A DNA stretch of 64,000 nt, taken from Eledone cirrhosa (lineage: Eukaryota). Of this stretch, positions 25,152 through 40,514 are shown one piece after another. The notes beneath the pieces were generated by a model, which was not told the DNA's origin, did no database searches, and worked only from the letters and a program-made list of their open reading frames with translations. Where the stretch lies: positions 29,078,001 through 29,142,000 of the forward strand of contig OZ024754.1 in the NCBI GenBank assembly GCA_964016885.1, read 5' to 3'. Within the stretch, counting starts at the first letter, position 1, and each line of letters begins with the position of its first letter. The translations under genes were made by a program, and so were the position numbers.

Positions 25152-27237
25152 TATGTATGTATATATATATATATATGTGTGTTTATATATGTATATATAT
25201 ATATATGTTTATATATGTATATATATATGTGTGTATATATATATGTGTATGTATTGATATATATGTATATATATGTGTATATGTATGTCAGTGTATGAGT
25301 GAATGTATGTATGTATGTGTATATGTATGTATTGAGATATATATATATATATATATAATTACATAATTCAGTAGATTTGTGGATTACTGAGGAAGGTACC
25401 AATATCAGCATTCTATGCTATAGCAGAGTGGTGTATAGTAATTGTGGTTTTAACTCTGATGGATCGGCACCCTGTCCAGGGGGAAGTCTTGTGTTCTGTT
25501 ACTTAATGCCAAGACAACCAGTAATTGTACTAGCCTAATATACCTCTGTGTTCGAGTTTATATATATATATATGTGTGTGTCCTCATTCTGGTGAACCTA
25601 CTGTAACTGGATATTACAGTCCATATATATATATATGTATGTATACACACATATATATATTTATATCATTTAATATGCTTTTCTTGCTAGCAATTATTGC
25701 ACAGGTTGTCACAAAGCAAGTCAACACTTACTCAGAACTACTCAACTCTTTGATGGGCTGAGGGTCACATTACAATTACATGCACTCTCCATCTACAGTG
25801 TCTCCCAGATGCATTTTCATTGAACCAGCATTAGGGAGGTTGTCACAACTTTTATACAACTGAAGAATCTTCTCAACACTTTGTTTGTTATGGTTTCAAC
25901 AGCTCTATGCCCTTCCTATCATTATTAATGTCTTGTTTGGTATATATCTTAATAGGTTTTTACATAAAATTATAATGGAAGAAATTAATTGGAATATAGA
26001 CGTTAAAATTAGGTGTGTTTTTATTAGAAAAACAGACAGTTTCAGCTATGTTGCTGTCAAAATATTGAAATCTTCCATTTTATAAGTATAGAATAACAAC
26101 CACAGAAGAGTAAATTTAGCTGTAGTTAGAGCCAACTACGTGATTCTTTCAGATAATATATATAAAGAATACATCTTAATAATGGAATCCACAGGCATGT
26201 TGCATAAACTTGGGTTTGGGCAATATAACTTAAAATTATAGGTGGACTAACTGAATTAAAATCAGTGTAAGTTATATATATTGAAATAATATCTTTATAC
26301 ACCTATATATTTATGTTTACTTTCATATTTATATATATATATATGTGTATATATATATATATAAGAGAGTGTTGAAGTTTGCTTGAAACATTGTGGAATA
26401 ATAAAATAAAAATAGTTGTTTTGGAAGCCTCAACAATGCAGATGGGTATTAGGAATTGTAACATACAGTTACTGTAGGTTCACCATAAGGGATCATTCTG
26501 CTATTACCATAACTGAAGTCCGAGCTTTTGATTCCAGAGTCGGGGCAGTTCAATGCAGATTGGTGTGATAAACAGACAAAACTCCAGAGTAACAAGACTC
26601 ACTATTTAACCTTAATAAAATGAATATATATATAAAGGATGAAGTGTTAGAACTTCATTCCATTTATTGAGGCATGATGCGCGTTTTGCGATTGATCAGC
26701 TCAAGGCCCGATCTGTATTGATCTGGCCTGACTTTGGAATCAAAAGCTTGTCGGACTTTTGTTATGGTAATACTATTAGTATATGTATATATAATTTAAG
26801 TCAAATGATAAACCAAAGATGATACTTCAAATCATTTTATTAAAGTCTACACACATTTCAATTTTAATGTTACCAGATCACACTAAAATATCCCCAGGAC
26901 ATCAATGTAGGATCTGGAGGTTGAAAGTCTCAAAGAAATACAAGACAAGATTTCATAGTCAATAAAGTAAATCATATTTGTCACTTGATTTAAATGATAT
27001 GCTCTGTATTCTTCTATAAGCGATTAATACATTGAGCTTTTTCGAATTTGGTTATGAACAAGTGTCATACTCACTACGATGTATCTCCTATATACACATA
27101 AATATAAATAAATAAATATATATATATATATATATATAATCATTTAATGTCTGCTTTCCCATATATATGAAGAGTTCATAACTAGAAAACCAGGAACACT
27201 GCAAAATAATCAGTACTTAATGTATATTATATTGTAG

Positions 27238-27422
27238 AGTGGATTGACAGTATCAGTAGAGGGTCGGACGCCATGCTTTCCAGCATAGTTACGTCCCTTT
27301 ACGGTCTGAGTTCAAATCCTGCCGAGGTTGACTTTGTCTTTCATCCTTACGGGGTCGATAAAATAAAGTACCAGTAATGCACTGGGTAATTGCTGGCCTT
27401 GTGCCTAAAGTAGAAACAATTA
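27238..27422 (+). mobile_element. SINE, same family as 19655
   Basis: Full head-core-tail match. Confidence 0.88.
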
Positions 27423-27742
27423 TATTGTAGAGTAAGTATAGATATATGGTATAGTGCCAATGTTTCAGTATAGTATATATTTCAGTGGCTGGTGATAGGA
27501 AGGGAATCTAGATAAAAAATACTTGCTAGATAAGGGAAAGAGTGGCAAGGACTTTTCAGTGTTGATTACAAGAGAATCTCCTTAGTGCTGGGACCTTAAG
27601 AAAATGCATGCTGGTACTGACATAGCCAATGACAATGTGCCCTAATCTTGCTAGCAAGGAAAATGGATGTTACATGATGATATGTACAGTGCCATGCATT
27701 CATGGAGCACCTCTTAGTTTTGTATTGTTGTAAACCTATTAT

Positions 27743-27778
<36 letters not shown>

Positions 27779-28420
27779 GATATATATATATATTTATTAT
27801 GGCTATGTATTAAGTCTTTTGTGCAAGTGAAATTCCAGAGTAACAAGATTCACAACTTGGCCATATTAAATGAATATTTAAACTCTACTTTGGTATGGAG
27901 TACTCTCCTCTCTCATCTGTCAGCTACATACATGTATGTAAGTATGTGTGTGTGTGTGTGTATGTGTAATAATCTTTGTTTTATGTTGTGTAAACTTATA
28001 ACTGTACTGTAATATGTGTATACACTATAATCTATCCTCTAGATATATTAACAAATATTGAATACTTAATATACATAAACATCAATTGTACACATGCAAA
28101 CATATATACATATGATTTTGTGTGTTTATATATAGATGCTTATGACCTTCCATTATCAATTTGTATATGCATATATTTGTGCATGTACAAATATATGCAT
28201 GCAGGCTGCTAGCATGCATATCTGCTTGTGTATGCATTTATTGAGATGATAGTTGAACTATCTAGACGTAGATGTAAATATGTGTGTATGTATGTATATG
28301 TGTATATATATATATCTATTTATATGTAATATATGTATATGTTATATATATATATATATATATATATACATACATACATGTAATATATATATATATATAT
28401 ATACATGTAATATATATGTA

Positions 28421-28457
<37 letters not shown>

Positions 28458-28739
28458 CACATAATAAATATGTAATATATATATATGTATATATACATAC
28501 ACGTAATATATATGTAATATATATATATATGTATTTATATTTATCATTGTTGTGGCTATAACCTATGGCCACACATACACCAGGTTGTTTTATTCATGGT
28601 GTCACAATTTCTTAACTTTCTATTTACTCTGGATGAAAAATGTATTAACTTTTATCACCATTGAGTGTTTTGTGACAACCTTAAACAATTCCATTGGTAC
28701 CTCCTTTACTGCAGCTACAACCACAATTTATACCAAATA

Positions 28740-29755
<1,016 letters not shown>

Positions 29756-30250
29756 CAATGTAGATATTATTTCAGCTCTGGCTTCAATCTATCTCAGTAT
29801 TCCGAATTCCATGCTCTTTTATTTCTATAAACTATAGAAATAAATTCTATTCTACTAACATGTTATATTTTTTTTCTCCTTTATTTATTTAAATCTATTT
29901 TATAAAAAACTGGGGGCAAATTCTAATTTCTGTTGTTGTTCTTGTTATTGTTGTTGATTATAATTAAATAGTTTGATATTTTTAATGTCAAGAAAAAGCA
30001 AGATTAAACATGGAAAATATTTTTATTACTTTTTATTTGCTCTTTTATATATTTTCTTTCCTAATTTCTATTTTTTTAAGTTTCAAAATATATTTTTTTT
30101 CTTTTTTTTCTTGAAATAGGAAATTTTAACATATGTTGATTCACATATAATTTTCACAAAATATAGTGAATTACAGAAGTATTCAATATTTTTGTATCAG
30201 TATTGTATGATAAATATATATATATACATATATATATATATATGTATATT

Positions 30251-30281
<31 letters not shown>

Positions 30282-30293
30282 TTATATAATTAT

Positions 30294-30560
30294 ATATAAT
30301 ATAAAAACGAAAAATCAGTGATGCATCTGAACTCAATTTATTGTGTGTTACAATTGTTTTGCCGGTGGACAGCTCGAGACGCGATCATTGTGTGGAAGAA
30401 TTTGCTCCGAAATCATAAGACGTGTCCGTCGAACCTGCAGGTCCAGAATCAGACAGATCCACAGAATGATCGCGTCTCAAGCTGTCCGCCGGTGAAACAA
30501 TTGTAGCACACAATAAATTGAGTTCAGTTGCATCACTGATTTTTTGTTTTATATTATATC
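30294..30560. repeat. Fold-back cassette with a degenerate hammerhead on the + arm
   Basis: Arms ~30294-30397 and ~30457-30560. Motif gtgt-CCGTCGA-acctgc...gccggt-GAAA-caattg-TA-gcac at 30422-30509; downstream agagtgctc motif. Confidence 0.75.
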
Positions 30561-30634
30561 ATACTCTGCTCTGTAAGAGCATAGAGTGCTCAACCGGCAT
30601 ACCGCCTATGGAAGCATTTTAGCTACCATCAGAC

Positions 30635-30649
30635 ACATATATATATATT

Positions 30650-30731
<82 letters not shown>

Positions 30732-30947
30732 TATGTATATATATAAATATATGTATATATATAAATATATGTGTATATATATATGTATATACGTATATAT
30801 ATGTTTATACATATGTATATATATACATATGTATATATATATATGTGTATATATATAAATGTATATATATATGTGTATATATATATGTGTGTGTATATAT
30901 ATATATATGTGTGTATGTTATATATATATGTGTATGTGTATATATAT

Positions 30948-31030
<83 letters not shown>

Positions 31031-31120
31031 TGTATATATATATATATATATATATGTACATGTATATATATATATATATATATGTACATGTATATATATA
31101 TATATATATACATATATAAG

Positions 31121-31188
<68 letters not shown>

Positions 31189-31240
31189 AGTATATATGTA
31201 TATATATATTTATATGTATATATGTATATATGTATATATG

Positions 31241-31271
<31 letters not shown>

Positions 31272-31284
31272 GTATGTATATATG

Positions 31285-31315
<31 letters not shown>

Positions 31316-31658
31316 GTATATATATATGAGTATATATATATGTATATATGTATATATATGTGTATATATATATGTATATATACATATGTATATGTATATA
31401 TATATACATATGTATATGTATATATATATATATATGTATATATGTATATATATATATATATGTATATATATATGTATATATATATATGTATATATATATG
31501 TATATATATATGTATATATGTATATATATATATGTATATATATATGTATATATATATATGTATATATATATGTATATATATATATGTATATATATATGTA
31601 TATATATATGTATATATGTATAAGTATATGTATATATATATATGTATATATATATGTA

Positions 31659-31701
<43 letters not shown>

Positions 31702-31875
31702 ATATATATTTGTATATATATGTATATATCTATATGTGTATATATTTATATATGTGTATATTTATATATATAAATATATATATATGCCTGTGTGTTTTTG
31801 TATATTCTGTGCATATGTATAGATCTTGAAGTAAATTAGGTAATATTTTATCTTATTTGCTTTTCCAATTCAAGA

Positions 31876-31921
<46 letters not shown>

Positions 31922-31953
31922 TTACCCCCGTTTGAGAAGGGGATAAACATATA

Positions 31954-31984
<31 letters not shown>

Positions 31985-32646
31985 GTATGTATATATAAGT
32001 ATGTATGCATACATATATATATGTATGTATATATAAGTATGTATGCATACATATATATATATGTATGTATATATAAGTATGTATGCATACATATATATAT
32101 ATATGTATGTATATATAAGTATGTATGCATACATATATATATATGTATGTATATATAAGTATGTATGCATACATACATATATGTATGTATATATAAGTAT
32201 GTATGCATACATATATATATGTGTATATAAGTATGTTTATATACATATATATATGTAAGTATGTATGTATATATATATTTATGTATATATATACACGTAT
32301 ATATATGTAGGTATATATATATAGGTGTATATATATATGTATATATATATATATAGGTATATATATATATATGTGTAGGTGTATGTATATATATATATAG
32401 GTATATATATATATATATGTAGGTATATATATATACATATATGTATGTATATATACATATATGTATGTATATATATATACATATATGTATGTATATATAT
32501 ATATATATATGTATATATATTTATATATATGTATGTATATGTATCTATATGTATGTATATGTGTATATATGTATGTATTTGTGTATATATGTATCTATAT
32601 GTATATATACATATGTATATATATATATGTTACATATACATATATA

Positions 32647-32677
<31 letters not shown>

Positions 32678-33296
32678 GGATATATGTAGATATACTTATA
32701 TATGTATATATATGTGTATATTTGTATATATATGTAGATATACTTATATATATGTATATTTTTATAAATATATGTATATATATATATACCTATATATATA
32801 TGTATATATACCTATATATGTATATATACCTATATATGTATATATACCTATATATATATATGTATATATACCTATATATATATATGTATATATACCTATA
32901 TATATATATGTATATATACCTATATATATATATGTATATATATATATGTATATATACCTATATATATATATGTATATATACCTATATATATATATGTATA
33001 TATACTTATATATATGTATATTTGTATATATATGTGTATATATACTTATATATATGTATATTTGTATATATATGTGTATATATACTTATATATATGTATA
33101 TACTTTCATATATATACATTCATATATATTCATACAAATATGTATGTATATATATATATGAATGAATATATATGTATGTATATATATTAATATATTTATA
33201 TATATATATGAATGTATTTATATGTATGTATATATATGAATGTATATATATATATATATATATGAATGTATATATATATATGTATGAATATATATA

Positions 33297-33349
<53 letters not shown>

Positions 33350-33365
33350 TATATGTATATATGTA
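30635..33365. repeat. ~2.7 kb compound (TA)n-derived microsatellite/minisatellite array
   Basis: Directly visible; includes ~38-40 bp higher-order units at ~31980-32230. Confidence 0.97.
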
Positions 33366-34029
33366 TGCATCTATTGTAGCTTTATATCCAGCTCAGAATT
33401 GTGGGGTATTATTCAAGAGATTTTTTGTCAAGCATTGCAGAATAAGGCAAATTATTCTCATCTTTGTTCTTGTGGTTGATTATCTTTATGAAAGCAGCCT
33501 GTGTACTTTTCTTGTTTACTTATAACTTCAGAATTAGAATTTGTAATTGTTATTGAAAATAAATAACTGGTATAAAAGAAAAAATAAATGAAAATCTTCC
33601 TTGTTTTCTTTTGAATTCATTGGATACTTCTTTTTTATGTCCTTATTTACTGGGATATTACATGCGGGAACCCCTACATGGACACACTGGAAGAGGAAGA
33701 CGAAGGTTAACATATGTTGATGCCCTAAGCACAGACACTGGTCTGTTGGAGACGCAGGACATGAGGCAGCGATAATGAGGGGCAGAGACTGCTGGAGAGA
33801 ACCCGTCCTTGGATCTCGGGAATTTTATCCGCCTTTGAGATATAGATTACAGATATTTAAAAACAGAAACTGAAGGGAAGGCCAAGGGTCACTGAAGAAT
33901 GCGAGGGGTTGAGGGAGGTTGATGTCAAGCGACACCCACTGCAATGACCTCTCCACTTCATGGGGCTCCATCCTCAGATGGGCTGCTTATGTTCCGAGCA
34001 CATTTCTTCATTTAAATGGAATACATATA

Positions 34030-34084
<55 letters not shown>

Positions 34085-34259
34085 ATCTATATATGTATAT
34101 ATATATGTGTGTGTATATATATTATATATATATATATATGTAAATATATATATATATATGTGTATATATATATATATATACGGGTGGCTTAATGGTTAGA
34201 GAATTGGAATAACAATTGCGAGGTTGCGAGTTCGATCCCGGGACCGATCTCATTTATTT

Positions 34260-34610
34260 TCAGGGCTCTGTTCTTAGCCCTCTCCTGTTCATCATAGTCC
34301 TGCAGGCAATAATGGAGGAGTTTAAGACCAGATACCCATGGGAACTCCTGTATGCAGATGACCTCGCACTTATAGCTGAATCTATGGTAGAACTAGAGAA
34401 GAAATTCCAAACTTGGAAGCAGGGACTAGAAAGAAAGGGTCTTAATGTCAACCTGACAAAGACTAACGTCCTTGTAAGTAGACGAGAAAACAGAACCCCG
34501 ATCCCCTCAGGGAAATGGCCTTGCTCAGTATGTAGGAAAGGTGTAGGTAGGAACTTCATTCTCTGCCCCAAATGCAAACAATGGGTACACAAGAGATGTA
34601 ACGGGATCTA
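34260..34610 (+). mobile_element. RTE LINE RT fragment preceded by a tRNA-like SINE head (34183-34250)
   Basis: Peptides QGSVLSPLLF, ELLYADDL and WPCSVCRKGVG. The head has tggcttaatggttaga and gagttcgatccc boxes. Confidence 0.85.
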
Positions 34611-35152
34611 TTTTCTTTCTTTTGCAGGTCTCGTAAATCCTTTAAATTTGTCTCCATAAAATTTGAATTTTAGAAATTTAACATAATTATATTATAATAT
34701 TAATACAAATACCCATCAACTTTTAAAACCTAAAATTTGATTCTTTACCCTGAAATAACATAAATTAAATATTTTGAAAATTAACCGCCAACTCTATATG
34801 AATATGTGTATGTAGAAACTTGAGCATAAATTACTCCCCATTGTCTCTCTCTTTATTTTATCTTTCATTTGTCTTCTCAAGCTAAATACTAAATAAGTTA
34901 TAACATCAGCTACGTCTTCCTCTATGCTTTGCTCCCCCGCATAGTAGTTTTTTAAATATTAAAAATTCTATAACTGATACATTGATGCCATGTATTTCTT
35001 AAAATATATTACTCACACTCTCTCTATTGATTGCATTACGTTTTCTCATGTTCTCAATATTAGGGTATAAATATTGAGTTTTCTCATAAGTTAATCACTA
35101 CCTTGATTAAATCTTAACCATCTACCATGTCAGGGTATGTCATGTATCATTT

Positions 35153-35219
35153 TATTTTATCTGATGAGGACGTACTGTTGAACTTAATTCAGTACCTCTG
35201 AAATATGTATAATAAAATA
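35153..35219 (+). ncRNA. Type-I hammerhead ribozyme motif (family A)
   Basis: tattttat-CTGATGA-gga c gtactg...cagtac c tct-GAAA-tatgta-TA-ataaaata. Confidence 0.85.
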
Positions 35220-35729
35220 TAATTGATCACAAGAATATCTATTTTGTTAATATTTGGAATTAATATTAATAACTCTGGAAAATATTTTCCTTGTAGAGTG
35301 CTTCCAATCTATTGTAAAACTCATTCTTTGATGTACTCATTGAATCTTGTTTAACTCTTAAATATATATGTATATATATATATTTATATACATATGTGTG
35401 TATATATATATATATATATACATATATATTTACATATATATATGTATGCGCACAAGATGTAATGTTATTATCCAACAAATTCCATCACCAATTCTTATAG
35501 ATTTCTCCTTCAAGCTAATAATGTCGCTGGAAACACAGTCTTGGGATAGCTCATATTTCAAATTATTTATTTATATATTTCACACCTTTGAAAAATATCT
35601 CACATATCTAATGAATTTTAATATCATTATTTTTGTAACTATTTCACGTTTTATGACTTTAAGTTACTCTCACACACACATGTATGTATATATATATGTA
35701 ATGATTTATTTACATAATCTCATTTTTAT

Positions 35730-35965
35730 GATGGTTTCTGATTCAGGCAGAAGGCCAGCAATTTGAAGGGAAGAGGAAAGTCGACCAAATAGACCCCACT
35801 GAGTTACTGGTACTTTATTTTATCGAACCCAGTGCATTACTGGTAGTTTATTTTATCGACCCCAATGCATCACTGGTACTTTCTTTTATCGACCCCTGTG
35901 CGTTACTGGTACTTTATTTTATCGACCCTGTAATGACAAAAGGCAAAGTTGACACCAGAGGTATT
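35730..35965 (-). mobile_element. SINE fragment with internal ~32 bp tandem amplification
   Basis: ttactggtactttattttatcgaccc repeated 4 times. Confidence 0.75.
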
Positions 35966-36271
35966 TAATATATAATGTTCTCTATATTTTCTGAGTAAAT
36001 CACTCATCAAATTTAACGGTTAACAAACAAAATTGGAGTTATCTTTCCTTTCTCAAACGTGCAAACAAACATATTATGTATGATAAACTATATAACTTCG
36101 CTAAATTAACAATATTCTGAAAACATTTTCAATGTTGAACAAAATATTTGCATCTACAAATTGTTCTCCTCTCACAACTTGAACCACCTATTTTTTATGT
36201 AAAATACAAAATCAACACCCTTCGTAACTTATATTGGAAATATAAACAACTAATAATTGTAAATTATTTCT

Positions 36272-36445
36272 TTGGCAGTATCGGTAGAGGGTCGAACGCC
36301 ATGCTTTCCACCATAGTTACGTCCCTTTACGATCTGAGTTCAAATCCCGCCGAGGTTGACTTTGCCTTTCATCCTTACGGGGTCGATAAAATAAAGTAAT
36401 GCACTGGGTAATTGCTGGCCTTGTGCCTAAAGTAGAAACAATTAT
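36272..36445 (+). mobile_element. SINE, same family as 19655
   Basis: Head-core-tail match. Confidence 0.85.
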
Positions 36446-36930
36446 TTCTCTTTCTATAATACCAATACATGCACAATTATTAATCTATATAGATATTTAT
36501 ATACATATAACCTATTGTAATGTAATAAGATAAAAATACTTACAACCATAATTCTTCATATAATATAATTGATTATATATACAATATTATAACTCATAAT
36601 ATAGGTAAATAAATTTAAATTTAAACTCTGGAATCATATTCCACCTTTTCCCCCAAATTAACGTAAATACAAGCTCCTCTTCCTTCTTCTTCTTTCCTAC
36701 GCATACATACACATATCATACATACACCTATCATAATTATTTAAATTCTCCATAGCGTCTTAAATAACGGGGGTTTTTTTTCAGCCCTTTACCTCAACCT
36801 CATTTGCATACTCATCTTAATAATTTGAAATATCTTACTTTTCTTCTTTTATACCTTCACTATCCAAGGAAAACTTGAAGCGTTGAGGTATTTTTCTTGG
36901 TTATGTCAAAATTTATAAAACACACTTCGT

Positions 36931-36989
36931 ATTTTATCTGATGAAAGCGTACCAAAGTTTTGGTACCCTTGAAATATATATAATATAAT
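36931..36989 (+). ncRNA. Type-I hammerhead ribozyme motif (family A)
   Basis: attttat-CTGATGA-aag c gtacca aagttt tggtac c ctt-GAAA-tatata-TA-atataat. The flanks are homologous to the 18900-19135 cassette. Confidence 0.83.
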
Positions 36990-37415
36990 AAATATGGTTT
37001 TATAAATATAGTTTCCATTTATTTAATATCATTGAATATTATACTCCAGAAATCTGTCGAGTGCTCTGAATCAGTTATAAACATTTATATTTGTTGAATT
37101 ACCAACAAATTGAATATCCCTTTTGCTTATATATATATATAATATAACTTAGAGTGTACACTCAATGGGGTCATTTACAATTATTTCAGCTCTAAGAATC
37201 GCTTCTGAGCAAAATAAATTAATATTTGATAAACATTTACATGTTTTAGTTGCAATTGGCTAATAAATTAGTTAGAATGAAATATCTTAATTCAAATACA
37301 TATAGTTTGCCTGTACGATCTAAAAAATAATAGTGCAGTTTTAAATCAACATATATATGTTGATTTAAAACTGCACTATTCACAAGTGTATTTTAACCTT
37401 CATATCATGTCTTCC

Positions 37416-37486
37416 TATTTTATCTGATGAAAACACAAATGTCATTGCATGATGATATTTGTTTTTGAAATGCGCATAATAAAATA
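37416..37486 (+). ncRNA. Type-I hammerhead ribozyme motif (family A-related)
   Basis: tattttat-CTGATGA-aaa c acaaatgtcat...atgatatttgt t ttt-GAAA-tgcgca-TA-ataaaata, with a perfect 8 bp stem I and palindromic stem III. Confidence 0.87.
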
Positions 37487-37975
37487 CATGGAACTCTTTT
37501 AACCATCTTTTGATCTTATATATTATGTATACTCCAGTCCTACAAACTGTAGAGTGCTTCTTATCCGATATCTGCATTGCTTTATTGTACTACAATAAAA
37601 CTCACCTCCTACATATATATATATTTGTGTGTGTGTGTGTGTATATATATATGTATATATGTATATATACATATATGTATATATATATGTATATGATATA
37701 ATGTTGATATAGTTGAATTATTTATCATTAGTGGGTATCATTACTCGTTATTAATATAGAAATGACACGATGTATAGATCTTTGGTAGAATACCAATAAA
37801 GAAAAGAAGAAAAGAAAAAAGGTCTAGCGTAGCAAGAAATGGTCATATAAGACTAATAAATTATTGCAGTATCTACTAAAGTATATAAAATATAGTACAT
37901 TAATAAAATGTATATAAATTACTGATGTTTAAGTAATGAAATGTATTAAGAGGTGAACTATAACCTGTGGAAGTG

Positions 37976-38011
<36 letters not shown>

Positions 38012-38220
38012 AAATTGAGGTTGGTAATGGCACATGGAATATATAAGAGACAGAATACTTTTTTGTGAAAAAAACATATATAAGAGACAGAATACTTTTT
38101 TGTGAAAAAACATAAAATTATGTTTTTTCACAAAAAAGTATTCTGTCTCTTATATATTCCATGTGCCATTACCAACCTCAATTTTCTCTATAACCTTCGT
38201 TTTGTGTAGAAACTTACACT

Positions 38221-38258
<38 letters not shown>

Positions 38259-38278
38259 TTCCACAGGTTAGAGAATAG

Positions 38279-38364
38279 ACTACCTGATGACGTAATGAAT
38301 TCTCTATAGTTATATATATTATGTAACTATATTTATCCCATTACAGAAACTAATTAGTTGGAGT
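38279..38364 (+). ncRNA. Hammerhead motif, diverged relative of the ~547 bp repeat ribozyme
   Basis: actac-CTGATGA-c gtaatg...cattac a-GAAA-ctaattag-TT-ggagt. Confidence 0.8.
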
Positions 38365-38419
38365 GAAAATTTTAGTAAGTAAGTTGATTTTTAATTTTTA
38401 AAATTTTCTTATTTTACGT

Positions 38420-38472
<53 letters not shown>

Positions 38473-38557
38473 AAAAGGTAAGCAGAAATAACAACACAAT
38501 AGGTACAGTATATGGAAGGTATATATTAGGTTAACGCTTGATATTGCAGGAAGAAGG

Positions 38558-38591
38558 TCTTAACGTTTCGGATGCTAGTCCTTCATCAGAA
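38558..38591 (-). ncRNA. Minimal hammerhead motif of Penelope type
   Basis: tctt-CTGATGA-a gga ctagca tcc-GAAA-cg-TT-aaga; stem III is reduced to the palindrome AACGTT. Confidence 0.72.
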
Positions 38592-38699
38592 GAAAGAATG
38601 AGAAATAAAATAGATTGAGGGGACGAGTGGGATGGAATTGGAAAAAATGTCTTTAGATAAAACATAACAGGTCCATTCATGTTGGGGGCATACCACCTA

Positions 38700-39600
38700 C
38701 CATTACCTCAATGGCCAAGAAGCCCCACGACCCACACAGAATGATGGAGTGGGTGGACCAGAGCCATACGGACCCGCCGAAAACCATGCTGAATTAAGGA
38801 AAATGATCGCAGATGCGGTGGGGCCAGTATGAAACTAACCCTTATGTTTAAGTTTAATGGCAAAACATATGCCCAAGAGGAGCGGGTAGCCATTGGCGTT
38901 AGCATTGCAGGTGACATAGCTAACCTCTTTATGGTATGGTGGGACAGAAAACTTAAGGAACACATAGACGACAATTTTACAACCCTGAATAAGTACTCCT
39001 GCTACGTAGATGACTACGTAGGAACAGAATAGAAACAATTAGGAATAAGGCAAATATAATCAAAGAACACCCTTTACTGATAGGAAATGAATAGTCTGTA
39101 AACTAAGCCTGCAAACTAACTGCAAAACTAGGAACGTAGTATATAGCATAAGATGTACTGAAGGACAGTGTAGGCATAAGAATATAACATACATAGGTGA
39201 ACACTGGCGAGAACACCATGATGGGAAAACACATCAGTACTCCGCCAACCTGCCAAATAGAACATAGAGGCACATTAGAGAACATAGAGATAAAAATGAT
39301 ATCCACACACTGAAAAGATACAATGCTCAGACTAAACACAGAGGCGACAAATATAAACAAACTCCAACCAAAATTAAACAGAATAGTAACATCACAACTA
39401 GTAATTAAGGACAAAATGAAGAAATACAGACACACACAAAAACCAAAGAATCCAACACACATAACTTTCAGCAAACAGGAGGAGTAGTGAGCTTTGATGA
39501 GTACCAAACAGTACGAAACAGAGCTCTGTCAGTTTATCTCCCCTGTTTGCTGAAAATTTAAATAAGTGACATTGTCACTATTTTAAAACAATAACGTATG
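38700..39600 (+). mobile_element. Decayed, internally deleted Penelope-like element (RT + GIY-YIG + 3' hammerhead)
   Basis: RT peptide FKFNGKTYAQ...AIGVSIAGDIANLFM...YVDD (38829-39032). GIY-YIG peptides NVVYSIRCTEGQCRHKNITYIGE (~39130-39200) and RLNTEATNINKLQPKLNR (~39325-39385). Confidence 0.87.
39466..39555 (+). ncRNA. Type-I hammerhead with extended stem I and C3U core change
   Basis: tttcagcaaacagg...gtgagct-TTGATGA-gtac caaaca gtac-GAAA-cagagctctg-TC-agtttat...cctgtttgctgaaa. Confidence 0.82.
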
Positions 39601-39702
39601 GTCTTCAAAATGCTTTTAACTAAGCATACAGTGTATTGCAAAATACACTATATATACATTCATATATATATATATGTGTGTGTGTGTGTGTATATATGTA
39701 TG

Positions 39703-39749
<47 letters not shown>

Positions 39750-39752
<3 letters not shown>

Positions 39753-39951
39753 AGCAAATTATAAACGTAAACATGTAAGTATGTTTTTGAAACGGTGCGT
39801 GAGTTTGAAATTAGAAATTATAAGCTTTCACCGTATTTTAGATGAGTGTTGCCGTACGGCAACACTCATCTTTTTCCATTTCTCCGAGGGTTATAAACCC
39901 CACTATCAGGCTAGAAATGTCTTTAGTCTAAAATACGGTGAAAACTTATAA

Positions 39952-39960
<9 letters not shown>
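39750..39960. repeat. Fold-back cassette between (TA)n tracts (related copy 44536-44800)
   Basis: Terminal ttagaaattataagctttcaccgtatttta and its complement; central palindrome gatgagtgttgccgtacggcaacactcatc. Confidence 0.85.
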
Positions 39961-39994
<34 letters not shown>

Positions 39995-40289
39995 TGAAGC
40001 TAAATTCTAATTCCATTCTATTATAAGTTGAGCCAACTTATACAGCTTCATATGCAAATGAGATTAATCACCTCATTTACACAGACGGGAAAACCCTATA
40101 TTCTCGCCTGTTTTCAAATTCCAGCAGTTGCAAGAGTGGGAGGGATCGTGCTGATGACAACTAGTTCAGTTTCGAAATGGGCAACCACGATTGTTCCCCC
40201 TTGCTTCTGCTGGACACCTACAGAGGACGTTAGTCGCTGGTGTTTTGGCATAGCTACGGCTCTCTAAATGTTTATTTTATACGAAATTC

Positions 40290-40405
<116 letters not shown>

Positions 40406-40463
40406 ATCTGTCTGTGTGTATATATCCATGAAGTGTAATACAACTCTGCCTAGGCCAGTTTTT

Positions 40464-40507
<44 letters not shown>

Positions 40508-40514
<7 letters not shown>

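Noticed and set aside
34183-34250. tRNA gene
   Set aside because: A and B boxes are present but no full cloverleaf or acceptor stem; interpreted as a SINE head.
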